This document shows, piece after piece, positions 38,001 through 53,000 of a stretch of 64,000 nt of DNA (its first letter is position 1; each line of letters starts with the position of its first letter). The stretch comes from Bugula neritina (Eukaryota > Animalia > Bryozoa). The notes under the pieces are model-generated. The model was not told the origin of the DNA. It saw only the letters and a list, made by a program, of their open reading frames with translations, and ran no database searches. The position numbers and the translations under genes were made by a program. The stretch is taken from contig OZ037767.1 in assembly GCA_964035545.1 (NCBI GenBank), positions 30,272,628 through 30,336,627 of the forward strand, read 5' to 3'.

Positions 38001-41000
38001 AAACAATAATTTTGAAACAATTAAAAATAGAAAATTAAAATGCTTGAAACAAATAGAAAACTAAATACAAAGACTAAATATATGGAGTACATGGGTGATG
38101 TATTTATGTGTGAATTTATCTGGTGGCATTACCAAATTCTAAAATGATGATGGATGGTGCAAGAACTAATACTATAGGAGCCATCCAGAGATTGGGAAAG
38201 ACTGGGACAGACTGAGAAGTTGATAGAATCACATAACATGTAGTAGATAGTTGAAAAGCACTGTACTACACTAGTTGCTGTATTGATTGTCACTTAAAGT
38301 ATGATATATTACTTTACAATAACCCTAATAATATAATATAATATGACAATATGTAGTATAATATAACAATATATAATATAATATAAAATATGCAGCATAA
38401 TGTAACAATAAAAATATGGAATTTTAGTCCAATTCTGATCAGCAAATCTATTTCTTCAATTTCAACACAAAACCTGGCTTAAAATTGAAAGATTGCTGCA
38501 TTTTCAAGCCTGTCATAATAGTGACTTGAAAGAATAATGGAAGAAGATTACTCCAACTAGAAATAAGACCACACCTCATAATTCAGAGAGACCATGTGGT
38601 CAACAAGGGTGTGGCAGGCCTTGATGTGAAAGCATATAATAGATACAATGGCTGGGTTGTGGTCCTGGCAGGAGCTGCTGGAATATACACAATACAATGT
38701 GTTACCATGTTGGAGTTGATGCTACAATACAGCACAATATTATAGGACAACACATGTAGCATCACATGATAGAATAGATACACATTTATATATAACAAAT
38801 ATTCTTACATGCACCACTATACGGAAGGAATTCTAGACTGAGCTGAATAGGAGCAGGCGTGGTCTAAGGGTTAGAGCGTTTGCCAAGTAAGCACAAAGTC
38901 ATGGGTTCAGACCCCGACAAAGGCCATTGGTGATGTTAGGAAGAGCATCCAGTCATAATTGCTCTTGTTTCCCATCTAAATAAGTCCTTAGCCCGCTTTA
39001 ACAAAAACAACCCTTCCCATCAGAGTTTTCTCACCGGAATGGCAACTATAAACTTGCGTGAGTTTTTCTAGACTAAGCTGGATGAAACTCACATCTGAAG
39101 CTGATTGGTGAGCCGCGACAGCGTGTTCAAGTTGACGGAGATGATTGTCTCAATGAGTAGAGGTTGGTGATCCTGTAGAGTGGAGCCTAGCTCAGGCAGC
39201 ACGTCCGCTACAAACCGGAGGTAGGCGTCAGAACGCTGCCGTATATCATGTACATGCCGACCAGATGCCAACCAATGAGCCAGCTTGAAATGCAGACGAC
39301 TAACAGAGGACTAAAAGACAAATATACAATATAAAGCAAACATGAAACACTAAAGTGAAAAACTAGTTAATAGTAGTAGCAAGCTACGCACCATATACGT
39401 ACACCAGATAAGGGTAGCTGCCACACATTATTACCACGGACGTACTATAGGCATATACAGACATGCCATAGCAGACATGTTTTAGCAAATGATAGTAGAT
39501 ATACTATAGCATATAAGATATACTCTAGCATATGTTAGATAGTAGATATAGTATAACAGATACACTTCAGCAAACATACTTTTCAGTAGCGATACCACGG
39601 CGAATATGCTGTAGCAGATATATTATATCATATACTTTCTAGAAGAAGTACCGTGGCAGTCATGTTCTTAGCTGAGAGAGCAGAGACACTAAGCCGGAGA
39701 GACTTACCGGAATGGCTGATAAGATGGCAAGAAGAGATGTCCCAGTTACACCTTTCTTATGAAACATTTTCAGCAGATATGTGTTGGTAGCAGAGACCTC
39801 AGAACTAGAGTAGTGTGGTGGGCACGGCTCAGGCTCACTGTAACATACAGCATTACATAGATATGCATATCAATAGATGGATCCATATATACAATAAATC
39901 TACAGATAAACTCAAAGATAGTACTAAAGATAAACATAATATTGAATAGACATAGCTGTAAATTCAAGGAACTATTTTACTTTGTCGCCTAGAGGATATA
40001 ATTTACTAAAATGAAGTGTTATACTTCCACAACAGTCCCAGGTAAAACACACGACGTGCACACGAAGAGCACGTATACCAGTATTCCTGAGTGATAAGAG
40101 CCTCTAACCTTGGGTACTCCTTGGAAGAGTCCCACACAGCTGAATAGAGCGCAGCAAGGATCTCAGCTAACTTATCTTTCAACAGGCCCAGCATCTGGAA
40201 TCACACAATAAAATGGAGTATTGGAATTTGTTAATTTCAAAACGATTTTCAACTCCATTTTACCTATTTGAAAGACTTACATACATAAAATAACTACCTT
40301 ATACTTTTTACTAGTAAAATGATGCATCATTTGTTAAAAGAACTACATTTTCGTGTTCAATTAACTTTTGAAATATAAATTGCTACAAACTTATAAAAAT
40401 AAAAACGATGTTGAACTGGCTAAATTTAAGAGATAGTAAGCATGACTTGAAAATCTGCAATGCCTACAGAGTGGACATACATATGCACAGTAGATATACC
40501 TGTACACCACCGGCAGCTAGAATATTTGTGCACTTCTCAAACAGCATCTTTGATTGGCGATAATTGTCTGCAGAATTGGCCAGTGCAGGTAAAATATTCA
40601 GTAGTATAGAGGGAAGTTGCTCAGAAAGTATGTCTTGCTCTGCAAGACCAGATAGTTGGACTAGCTCAGCCCACACTGCCTCTGAACCAATAGCAAGAGA
40701 GGCAAACACCTTCAAGTTCTTCCTGAAATGTAAAATGCATTCAAATATATGTCCTTCACCACAATAGGTTGTAAGTATTTGAAATATTCTGCTATGTGTA
40801 GCTCGCTACTAAACATGTGACTTGACCAGCTCAGACACAGTGAAACTGGGAAGTTAATACCAACTTGAACTAGCCTGCCACGAGTATAAATAGCCTGAGA
40901 GTGAGCCAAGTACCAAAAGAACTCTGTGGATGGTCCACATAGAGCACCACCAATATATGAATACTATCTTAAACAGTAAATGAGTAATGAAAAGTTTTTA

Positions 41001-44000
41001 GCAAAAAAATAGAACTAAAATGACAGCAATAGTAGAGAGAATAATAGAAATGTTGAGTTAGTGAACCACTGACTTATAAAAGTTTTGTAGGTCAGACTCA
41101 TTAAATAGGTCAATAGGAAACTGGGACAACTTGAAGTTTAATGCTATCCACTCCTTAGCCACGTATCCTAAACTTGACTCACAAAGTTCTGCAACAGAGT
41201 TATAGGGTGTTTGCAATACCGCCCCTTCCAAGACCTGCAAAATAAATTGTTCACAGCTTAACATATTATTTATTAATATTGCAAAGATAACACATGCAAA
41301 CCACATGCTTGTTTGTTTTGTTATGTAAATAAATAAGCTAAATCTTTAACGTGGCATTAATAAAACTAAAACGAAGTAAAATATATTTTCACATATCTTT
41401 GATTATAAAAACAATATAAATAATACGTCTTGAATATCTTGAGAGTGAATAAAACAAGAGAAGTAATTAGGCAATTGTCAAGCCTAGAAATCTGTTCCAT
41501 AATCATTCCTCTTTCCTTATATGGAAACCGGTATGTGATATTGTAACACACAACACAATAAGTACTACAATACATGCACAGTATATTATTATATCATAAA
41601 TACTAATATGATTACAATCATTATTATATTATAACTATTTTAACATAAATATGATTATATTATAAGTATCATTATACTATAAATATTATTATATTATAAG
41701 TATTAGCATCTCCAAGCAGACACTACAGACTGACCTTCCTAATAAGCGAGGAGCTGATATGCTGATTGGACTCATCCAGACAGAGAAACAGAGCACACAC
41801 AGCTTTCTTTCGACACACAGTGCTGTGTATAATGATGGTCTGAAAGAGAGACAGCAGGGTGGCCGTGCACGTCTGCTCCTCGTCTGACCTCTCAAGGTCA
41901 CTGGCATTGCTCTATAAAACCAAATATGTTTTCAGAAGATCGACAAGCCTTTATTTTACTGATACTCATAGTGGAAAGTCATTCATGCTACAATGCAACA
42001 CCAAATGTTGTGAAAAAATTTATCACCAAGAACAGATCTACAATTGGCCACTGCCTTTATTAGCACCTTTCTCCATAATTATTTTATGTAGGAGTCTACT
42101 AGAACTAATGCAGCAACTCCCAGTAAGTAACTGTGCACAGATAATACATTCTACTAATATAACAACTATAATAACTAACATAATAACTAATAGTTTGACC
42201 CAGGGCAACAAACATATAACACACAGTAGCCAATAGTAAAACGGACAGTGACTAATAGTACGACTCACAGTGACTAATAGCATGACTCACAGTGACTAAT
42301 AGTCTGACTCACAGTGACTAATAGCATGACTCACAGTGACTAATAGTATGACTCACATCGATATTAAGAATGCTGTGGATATTCTTATAAATTCTATCAA
42401 ACACTTTCTCCTGTTCCTGGCGAAGATTTTCCAAAGGTTTACCATCAGGGTGTTGCAATATCCTGCAAATTAGAAAGAACATAAAAACAAAGAGGCAGAG
42501 GTATTACAAGCAATAAACTGGTATTACAACGCATGATAGACAAACTAATGGACAAACAGAAACTTACACCCGGATTGCTTGAACAGCTCTTCTCCTAACC
42601 CTATAATCTCGATCTCGGAGAGTCTTTATGACGTACTCCGTAGGATCCAATGAGATAGCAGCATGACGTCCAGCTTCTCTGCGCCAGTTCTCAGTTCTGT
42701 CTGCCTACAATGTTGAAGAAATGACTAGCAAGACCTGGACATAGCAGGTATGAAATGGTGAGCAGATAAACCCTATATTATCACAGTTATATCAGTTCTG
42801 TCCAGTTTAGGTGAGTGAATAGAAATCAAGAACTTTTACTTTGGAATCAGCTGATGCAATGTTGGTTTTTCATATCATCTACGAGATAATGGTGACATGA
42901 AAAGTTGTTCACTGGCTAAATCAAAGCAATTGCATCTCTAACCCAAACGCTAAACTAACACTTAAAAGCCAGAGAAAATTTTCCTCATGCTTACACAATT
43001 GTTTTACAGTAGATATCCTCCACTTTGTCTCGGTAACAGGCAACAAGCACCAAAACACTCATGAAAAACACTGCTTTTAAGCCTAACACATTAAATTATT
43101 TCACTTTCATTAAATATTTATTTCTCAACACAAGTAGTTTTCTGTAGTTAATACTTAGAGTTGACAGTTACTTTGATCAACTGCGTTAGACATTCTATCA
43201 CAGTCAGGCGATATTCTACTCCAAAGAGTGGAAAGAGAGTATAACTCCCATCTTCCTCATCAGTCTTCTCGTACAACTGGAGTCTAGTGGTTACATAGAG
43301 AACACAATTACTAAGTAATAACAAACAAATAAACACTGTGATATTACTAAGAGAAAACAAATCTTAATTTTTGGTAACAAAACTGCACAGTGCTAGGCAG
43401 TCCCAAGCATTTTCAAATATTTAAAAGCTGAACCATAAAAGATAATTAACTAAACTGAAATATAAAGCGTTTAAAACATATTAAATAACACACATGCATG
43501 TATCTGGTGACTGAAACCCTAAGTGTCCTATAACAAGGTTTTCTGCATGCCTCCACCGCTAGAAATAGGGAGAACCCACAAACACTTAAAGTAAACTAAG
43601 ACATTATTACAAAAACAGACTAACTTCAGCCCCTAAAAACAAGTAAAACTAGGTAAATACGTACACGAGACCATTAACAATCATGAAGAGCTTGCTACCC
43701 AGATCCTCTCTTTCCTGAGCTGAGAGTGAAGTGGAGAGAGATACCTGAGGAATGAGCTTGTTGATAAGTTGGAGACATGATTTACCCAGTTCAGGATCCG
43801 TGTAATACATCTCTATTAAAGCTCTACAAATGAAAATAAAATACAACAAAGATATATAAAAATACGTAGATGAATTGTATACTAATACTTACAGCATAGA
43901 CAAACTTTAAATTACCATCATGTTTGGTATACGTCACACCTAGCGCATCATACACGACATAGATCTGTCAAAATTAAAAGTATAAAGGAAATCAAATCTA

Positions 44001-47000
44001 ATGCAGTTGAAAAACTGTTATTCAGGATGAATGTAACAGCCTAATAAACTCTTGTACCAGATACAAGTGTCTAACACAACTGAAGGAGGTTTTACAAGTA
44101 ACCCAAACCTTACCTCGTGTGGAAAAGCATATTTAGAAAAGTTTCAAGATTGGCATCTTTCCAGTGACCAATGATCATCTCCATGGTGACAATGGCAATG
44201 TTTGCGTAGTTGGTAGACCTATCAGAGCAGAGCTTAGTAACTAGGTCAAGGATGTCTGGCCGACAATCCCCCAGCTCAGAGGTGATGAATACGAGCAACT
44301 TCATTGAAGTAAGCATTTCATGATGACTTGAGCCTTTTGAGAGAGTAGAGGATGTGGAAGGGAAATCTATAGAAAAAATTCTGAGACTTTAAAAATCTGA
44401 CCGCATAATCAACACATGCAGCCATTAGGCATAAGAGACAATTTATACCGGTGTCAACGCAAATGGTAAGACTCTGCGACTTTGAACTCAAAATAAACTT
44501 TTATTCCAGGACTACAAATCAAATAAACTGTCGTGAAACACACATAACCTCATACTAGCCAGAAAATATATCTGATTGTGAATACACATGTCACAACCCT
44601 TACTGTTGTCTAGCTGTTGAAGAAAACCAGTGGAGGCAGTGGGAGTGGAGAATTCGTCGTCTATACTGCTAGAGTTTGATGCTGAACGGGACCAGCTGCT
44701 GCCCTGACTGAGAGTTGTTGTCTCTTGCATCTATTAACATGTATAACATATCTAACTGAGTATAATATCCAATACAGTGAAGTATACAATACAGTAAAGT
44801 ATACAATACAGTGAAGTATACAATACAGTGAAGTATACAATACAGTGAAGTATACAATACAGTGAAGTATACAATACAGTGAAGTATACAACACAGAGAG
44901 ATAAAGCAGAAGTAGCTCTGATAGTGAATAGTTTCTAGTAAATAACAGAATGAAATCAACTTTCTGCAGCCAACACTGCTAGGACAGGGTAAAAGGCATA
45001 ACTTGGATTTCTTTAAATGAAGCACACAATCCCAATCTCATAACTGAACAAAATATTACAATGTTACATTATGAATCTCAACACAAAAAATATTCAATAC
45101 TCTTTCAGTCAAATTTGTCACACACCTGTATTTCTGAAACACCTGTGACACACCTGCTTTCCTGACACACCTGTGACACACCTGCTTTCCTGACACACCT
45201 GCTTTCCTGACACACCTGTGACACACCTGTCACATGCCATAATATTAGCAGAGCTACTCACTGAAACATGAATGTGAGATATAAGAGCCAACACTAGTTT
45301 CCTTGTATCATCACTGCAGTGAGTAGACAAGATAGTGTAGTGCTGAGACAGAATGGAGCGAAGATTGGGAAGCATTGAACTGGTACTCTTTTGACGCAGC
45401 TGTTGGGAAATGTACTGAACAGATCCCCTCCACAAGCCCTACATTAGATATATTCATATAACATACCATATGTTATAGTATATACTGATATATTGTTATC
45501 CTGTAGTGTTATGTATTATTATGTTCTATTATCATACATTCTTATCCTACAATACCCTATACCATTATCATATATTGCAATGTTATAATATCATGTATTG
45601 TCATACAGTATTATGCATTATTTTTATAGAGTATATTCTTATCATCTATAGTATTATATTCCAATCATATAGTATCCTATATTATCATATATTTGTATCG
45701 TAGCACTAAACTCTCCCCTGTCAACTGTTGAAACAACCTAATCAGAGTAAACAGTAAGTCATCTACAATTAATCTAAACTCCTGTAGAAATCTACTCACT
45801 ATTTTATAGCAGTTAGCAGCACATTTACCTGCAATGGTTAGCAGCACATTTACCTGCAATAGTTAGCAGTGAGTTTACCTGCAGTAGTTATCAGCATATT
45901 TACCTGCAATGCTGGCATGACACAGCGTATGATCTCTTGGACTGAGCAGATGTTGAGAAAGGAAAGACACATCTCCATCACCCAAAAGCCATCTTCAATA
46001 TAACTTGACTACAGCAGAAACGCAACAACCTGGTGAAGAGCCTCGCGAGGAGGTAACAAAGTAATTCACCACAGAAGCTGTAGACAAAATGAACAGTATA
46101 ACATAACCTTATGCAGACCAACAGTTAGATTAAAATAAAATGCACATGATTACAGAGACTACCATAAGACAATTAGTATAGCTTGCTTGTATATAGAAAA
46201 CATCATATATATAATATACACAGTTTTATACACGTGGTATATAAGAATTTTATAAAAAGAGGGGTGAAAACAATAAAAACAGAATGAAATACTATTAACC
46301 AAAGTGTGCTGTGCGTAGGACAATAGAAACAAATAGAAACCACAAGTTAAAGAACCGAGAATTGATTGCGAAAGATCAATATTGTCGGCAGTAACATTGA
46401 TAACACAGTATGATAATAAGGGTGCACAAAACAACTTACAAGATGTCAAATGCTACTTACAAAATGTAATATTTAGGGTCCACTGCCATTTGCAATGCTA
46501 TGAGTAAAAGTTATTTAGTACAAACAGCGTGTTCAAGAGAAGGTAATTATCCCACAATATTTTTAAAAAAAGACAATTTCCACTGACAGCACTTTAAGAG
46601 CAGACAATTTCCACTGACAGTACTTCAAGAGCAGACAATTTCTACTCACTGTGTTCTCATTCTGGTCCAACAGGTCAGATAGCGCTGTCAGTTTTCTAGC
46701 CAGAGCGGCAGCTACTTGTTCAGCACCTGGCTGCAGCAGAGTGACTTGACTAGATGTTACGGCCGAGAGTGACCTTGACACAGGGGTGAAGGTCATGGAG
46801 TCATACAACTCTTTGATCTGTCGGATCACAGTTTCTTCATGCTGTGTGACTGGAGTCGGAGGTTGAATGGGATCTACAGGCAGAATGTTTCAACATATCT
46901 TATCATTGCTTAGAATAATATTCTTCACAATATTTTATGAACAGAAATCTGACTTCAATAAAACTGAATGTACATAACAACTGATATAGGTATTAGCAAT

Positions 47001-50000
47001 ACATAATAAAAACTGATATTCTATGAAAACCACCACAACTTCACTTTTCTGTCAAGTTAAAAATGTCAACTTCAGATGCACTGCAAGTTATTATCAATCA
47101 GAAAGAGAAGTCTGCTGATACTAAAATGAAAGCACATTTATTGCTCAGCATTACCTCTGCAGACTAAGGAAGCCATAACCTGACCGAACAAGTTAGCAGG
47201 CACGGTTTGACTGGCAGCGACCACCTTATACAAGCCGTTATCATCCTCTAGACCCGGCAGCAGCTGATTAGCCACCCAGGTATGCTGCCACAGGTGTTGA
47301 CCTTGAGTATGTTTCACCAGAGAGGCGTGCTCTAGATCCAACTCTCGCTCAGTAGCCGAGAGAATGGGGCAGAGTCCCAACTCAAACATTGACAGGTAAC
47401 ACTGCAACCAGTGAAGGCCTTCTGCAGAGTGGGGAGCAGCTGTGGAACTTTTCATTAGTCTGAATAAATACCAGTAAACTGCTATACAATATCAGTAAAT
47501 TATTGCAAAATACCAGTAAACTACTCTACACATAGTGGGCAACAGAATATATTAAATTCAGTATTAAATACACTGAGGTGTGAGCACCGAGCAAGACATT
47601 TGAACTGAGATAAATGTTCAAATATGATAGTGCAGAACCCAGCTTAACACAGAATGAAAGATGGTAAGAGATTTCACCTGACGTATTGCGTTTGCTCCAG
47701 CCGTTTACCGAGTTTCAACATGGAGGTGATTAGCTTGTAAAACTCAACTTGTCTCCTCTCCACTAAACTAAAAACAAAAAGCTCAGATGATATAAGGTGT
47801 AATACAAAACAAGTTTTGTACTACAGATAAGAAAATAATCTCCAAACTACCAGAATACAATATTATAAATAAATACAATATACAATCAATTTCCATAATA
47901 TGATACATTAGCGCCCAAGTTACAAAGAAGGTAAACGAATACTATAAAAGATAGTTTTGATAAGAAACTACAACACTAACAAATTTGTAACAAACTTCTA
48001 CCTGATGGAAACAGCAAGAATCTTCCTCCAGGTTACGTCATGTTCTTCAGCCAGAAGTCTGAGTTGAGTAGAGAGAACACAGAGACACTTGTTCACCTCC
48101 ACAAACACCACTGATCTGCAGCAATAGCAACAGAACATGCCTGAAAACTTGTACTGTAAATGCGACACTACTTTATTTAGCATAAACTGGATTTAACTAT
48201 TTTCCCACTTATTTTATAAAAACCTAGCTGCTACTAGATATACGTTTCACCTCAAACTAATGGATGTTAACAAATAAATCCCCATAATCAGGCAACTTTT
48301 TAACTGTGACATTTTCGGTTTTTCTTTAAATTATTTGTCATACAGAAAACGTTCTTCATTCACATAGCAAAGCTGTATTTAATTCAAGTAATAAATACAG
48401 CAATAGCAAATTAATATACAGTTTTGTTATACGATATCCAAGATCTGACTTTCCAACAGCCAAGACTGTATCTATTTCATCTCATGCAGGAAGAGTGGAA
48501 TACATAGGCTTAAATATATGTTAATCTTATATCCATTATTTGACTCTATGGCTGGGCGTGTAAATTTTAAACTTTCAAAAATCTACAGACAATTGGTAAA
48601 TACAAGAGTTGACAACTCCTAGTATATGCTAGTCAAACAATAAACAGTCACTTTTTACCGTTTATTTTCTGCAAGTACTTGATACATGACTTGAAGTACG
48701 TCTGCCAGCTGTTCATCAGAGAGGGACGAGTCGTCACTGAGCTCTACCATGGCTTTTATAACCCTAATCCTGTGACAATAGAGACATCAGTGGGTCATCA
48801 ATTCTAAGAGCTTGCAAAGATATCAGTCCATATAATTCTACACTGGTATTTATGGATGTGAAAACAGACTGTTTCTTTTACAGATTTTAGCATTTCTGTA
48901 GCTGGCGAATGTGACATCAATTTCACCTTGACCTATAACTTGTGTAGAGTGAGCACCTGAGGGTATCAAGTAGTGAATTTTCTAGCAATATTTAGAATCT
49001 GTATTTTGACACTACCAGCTCATTAAATTGAAATTGAGAAATATGAACAGCTATACAAAATAATCAATTATTATACAAGAAAACTGATCAACACTAAAAC
49101 TAATTGACTATCATTAAAACTGACTAGTACTACAACTAACTGACTCACAAAGAACTATCACTTGAACTAACTATCACTTGAAATAACTGGTTATCACTAG
49201 AACTAACTGACCAAGCTATTTGAGTACGGAAGTCTTTGGCGTTGACCATTTCTGACTTGATACACTCCCAGCCTGACTGCACTCTTCTTTTCTTGAGAGG
49301 TCTTCCAGAGAAGGAGCTTTGAGATGCCATCTGACTTACCTCCATCAGCTTGTCACCATCCGACAGCAACTAAAACCAATACAGCCAGATCACAATACAG
49401 CTACACCACAGTACAGCTATACCACAATACAGCTATACCACAATACAACTATGTACCACAGTACAGCTATACCACAATACAACTATACCACAATACAACT
49501 ATACCACAGTACAACTATACCACAATACAGCTATACCACAGTACAGCTATACCACAATACAGCTATACCACAATACAACTATACCACAGTACAGCTATAC
49601 CACAGTACAGCTATACCACAATACAGCTATACCACAGTACAACTATACCACAATACAACTATACCACAGTACAGCTATACCACAATACAGCTATACCACA
49701 ATACAGCTATACCACAGTACAACTATACCACAATACAGCTATACCACAATACAGCTATACCACAGTACAACTATACCACAATACAACTATACCACAATAC
49801 AGCTATACCACAGTACAGCTATACCACAATACAACTGTACCACAATAGAAACTTGCAATCCGCAATCCTTACTTTATAAACTTATTTCACAAAAGAAATA
49901 ACCGAATGTTGAAAGTCTTCTGACACACTGCCTATAAAGAGTTGCAAGTTGAGGTAATAGTTACTAAATCTTCATACTGTCAATAAAAAACGCATTTCAT

Positions 50001-53000
50001 GACACAGGAGAGCACAAGTTGAATCCTGTTACATACACAAAACATTTAGGCTTCAGTTACAAAAGAGAAACATAAGAGAAATAAAGATAACCCTTACCTT
50101 AAGACAAACCTGCCCTGTTAAATTAAAGAACTCCTCCGTCAAAACTGGGTTTAAATTATCCCTATAAAAATCAACACAGAGAAATAGTGTTACATTTATA
50201 CTGCATTTTCAAAATATATAATACTATTATATCATACACAATCACATATATAATATTTTAGTATTATATATTATGTAATTGTAACAAACTGAAGGTAAAG
50301 GATTTATTGATCTCCTTATAGTCAACCACTGTATCAATACCTTATCATTCACATTTCACAGTTTGTGTTAAAGTTTTATCAAACAATGTAATTATATGTT
50401 ATGTTATACACGGAATAAAATGCACATGCTTGCAAGAAAGTGGACCTTTAGAACCTGAGCTACTTCTTAGAAGAAGGCGGAAGGAAAGATAGGCCACTAT
50501 GCTGTGCCCTAATATTATGTAGCCAATGTAGCCTATATTCTACACAGACCAGCATAGCAGACGTTAGAAGTAGAGACGTAGCCTGTGAGTATAGAATAAC
50601 TAGAGACGTAGCCTGTGAGTATAGGATAACTAGAGACGTAGCCTGTGAGTATAGGATAACTAGAGACATAGCCTGTGAGTATGGGATAACTAGAGACGTA
50701 CCCAGTGAGTCTGTGAGAAGGCTTAGTGTTACCAATCTCTTGACACATCACCTCATACAACTTCCACAGTACAGTCTGTAATTTTTACATAATGTATTTA
50801 AGATATTTATAATTCAGATTTGCATATAAACACAAAGATATACTGTGAAAAGAGCTCATTGGAATATTATTTATAAAGTTTCATAACACTGTCATACTGA
50901 TATTCACCTGCCAACTGATGTCAGAATCATCTCCATGTAGGACAACCTGTAAACTAAAGAATCTGATGATCTCCATCTTGAGTCTCTGTTTGGCATTATT
51001 CTGCCAGAGCTGCAGCATGTTCATGGCTAAGTCAGCACCAAATGAAGAGAGTTGCATGTGGCAATTGGCAGCAGATCTCTCACAGATGATGTTGACAGCG
51101 TCAAGCATGTTCTCTAAGGTCTACAAAATAGTACTATTGCTTTGCATTTGAATGTTAGTATACTGCGCCTAGTCCTGTGCTGAACTTCCTTCAAATGGAG
51201 AAGCTGATCATATATAAGGCACAACGACATTGACTAGTGAGCTACTGCATGCACAACATTGACTAGTGAGCTATTATTGCACTACATTGACTAGTGAGCT
51301 ACTGCATGCACTACATTGACTAGTGAGCTATTATTGCACTACATTGACTAGTGAGCTATTATTGCACTACATTGACTAGTGAGCTATTATTGCACTACAA
51401 TGACTAGTGAGCTATTATTGCACTACATTGACTAGTGAGCTATTATTGCACTACATTGACTAGTGAGCCATTATTGCACTACATTGACTAGTGAGCTATT
51501 ATTGTACTACATTGACTAGTGAGCTACTGCATGCCCTACATTGACTAGTGAGCTACTGCATGCACTACATTGACTAGTGAGCTACTGCATGCACTACATT
51601 GACTAGTGAGCTACTGCAAGCACTACATGGCTAGTGGGCCATAGCAAGCACTACATTGACTAGTGAGCTATTAATGCACTACATTGGCTAGTGACTATTT
51701 AGAATCTAGAGCCAGCTCCTTGAGCTCTACCCACAAGAAGCAGCACCTGAGAGTTTGATTCTTTGGCTTGTAGGAAAAACTCTTTGAACAAAGAAAGAAA
51801 CTTCATGGGTTTGAGGTCAATCCTGGCAGTGAGAAATGTAGACAGCTTTTTGATGACATGAGGTATAGGACCAGTGGTGAATCCCTGAGAAGACTGGGCA
51901 ATCCCTTTGATAAACTTTGAGAGCATTTCTAGAATAGAGTATACTCATTTGTATAACACTTTTGCAAAATATTCATAAGTGAAGCATAGAAAAAATTGCA
52001 AACAGTTAATTTTTGACTTTTAACTTTGACAAAATATATGGTCACAAGAATGACTGGTTTCCCATGCATTAAACCTATCAGCCTGCTTTTTCTGGTTTAA
52101 GCTGATCTCGCACTTTCCTATGAATTGATAAAACAGAGTTCGAGTTGAGCAAATGAAGTGGGTTTAAGTTTTTATTTTTCCAGATTTTAAAATAGCTGCA
52201 ATTCCCACCAATATTAATCTATGGAAATTCATTAAATACGACTTTGATGACACTAGCATAGCATGAGAGTAGAAGGTTGAACTTACTGCTAAGAAGGGCT
52301 AGGTTAGGCTTCTCCCAGTGTCTCCAGAGTGAATCAGTGAGGAAATAGTTGACTAGTAAATAGGCATACTCTGAAGCCAAGATGTGAGAGTAATCACTGA
52401 GTATAATCCACATATGATCGAATACCACTTCTGGGCTGAGAACTGCTTTGCCTTCTATCCATAAAACAGTTGAAAACAGAGTTTACTCACAGTATTTGTA
52501 GTGAAATGAGTAAATTATTTTATTAATGCTCAAATTATAAATTATCATTAATTTAAAATTATTAATTAGTAATTAATAATTAGCTCAAAACTAATGGTAA
52601 TCCAATTTGAAATGTTATGACAAGGCATCTGGTATAGAGATGATAATAATTGGTGTCAGCGCAAACACAGACAACTTTTAACACATAGTAATATTGTCAA
52701 CACGAGGTAAAATATGCACATTCATGTCTGCATCACTACAGATCATTGTGACACCAACAGCTAAGCTCACTTCTGTTCAAACATAGCAAGAATATAACTA
52801 AAATTGATAGAATATAAATAAATCAATGTTAGTCATGACTGTAGTATAACAAAATCAATTTTCAAGGGGAGTTATTGATACAAGAGCGACTTTTTCTTAC
52901 CTGAAGTTGTCCTCCCATGAGACTGCACCAGCACACATTTAATAGTGCCATACATTTCCGGCTTCTTTACACCAGCTGTAATACTTGAGTTTGATGGTCG

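Noticed and set aside
38851-38925. Possible tRNA gene
   Set aside because: No proper acceptor stem, and it continues into a body shared with a second diverged copy, so it is a SINE head.
49319-49879. YHNTAIPQ-repeat ORFs (also 30625-31020, 23017-23451, 61573-61770)
   Set aside because: Minisatellite translations with no independent start or splice support.
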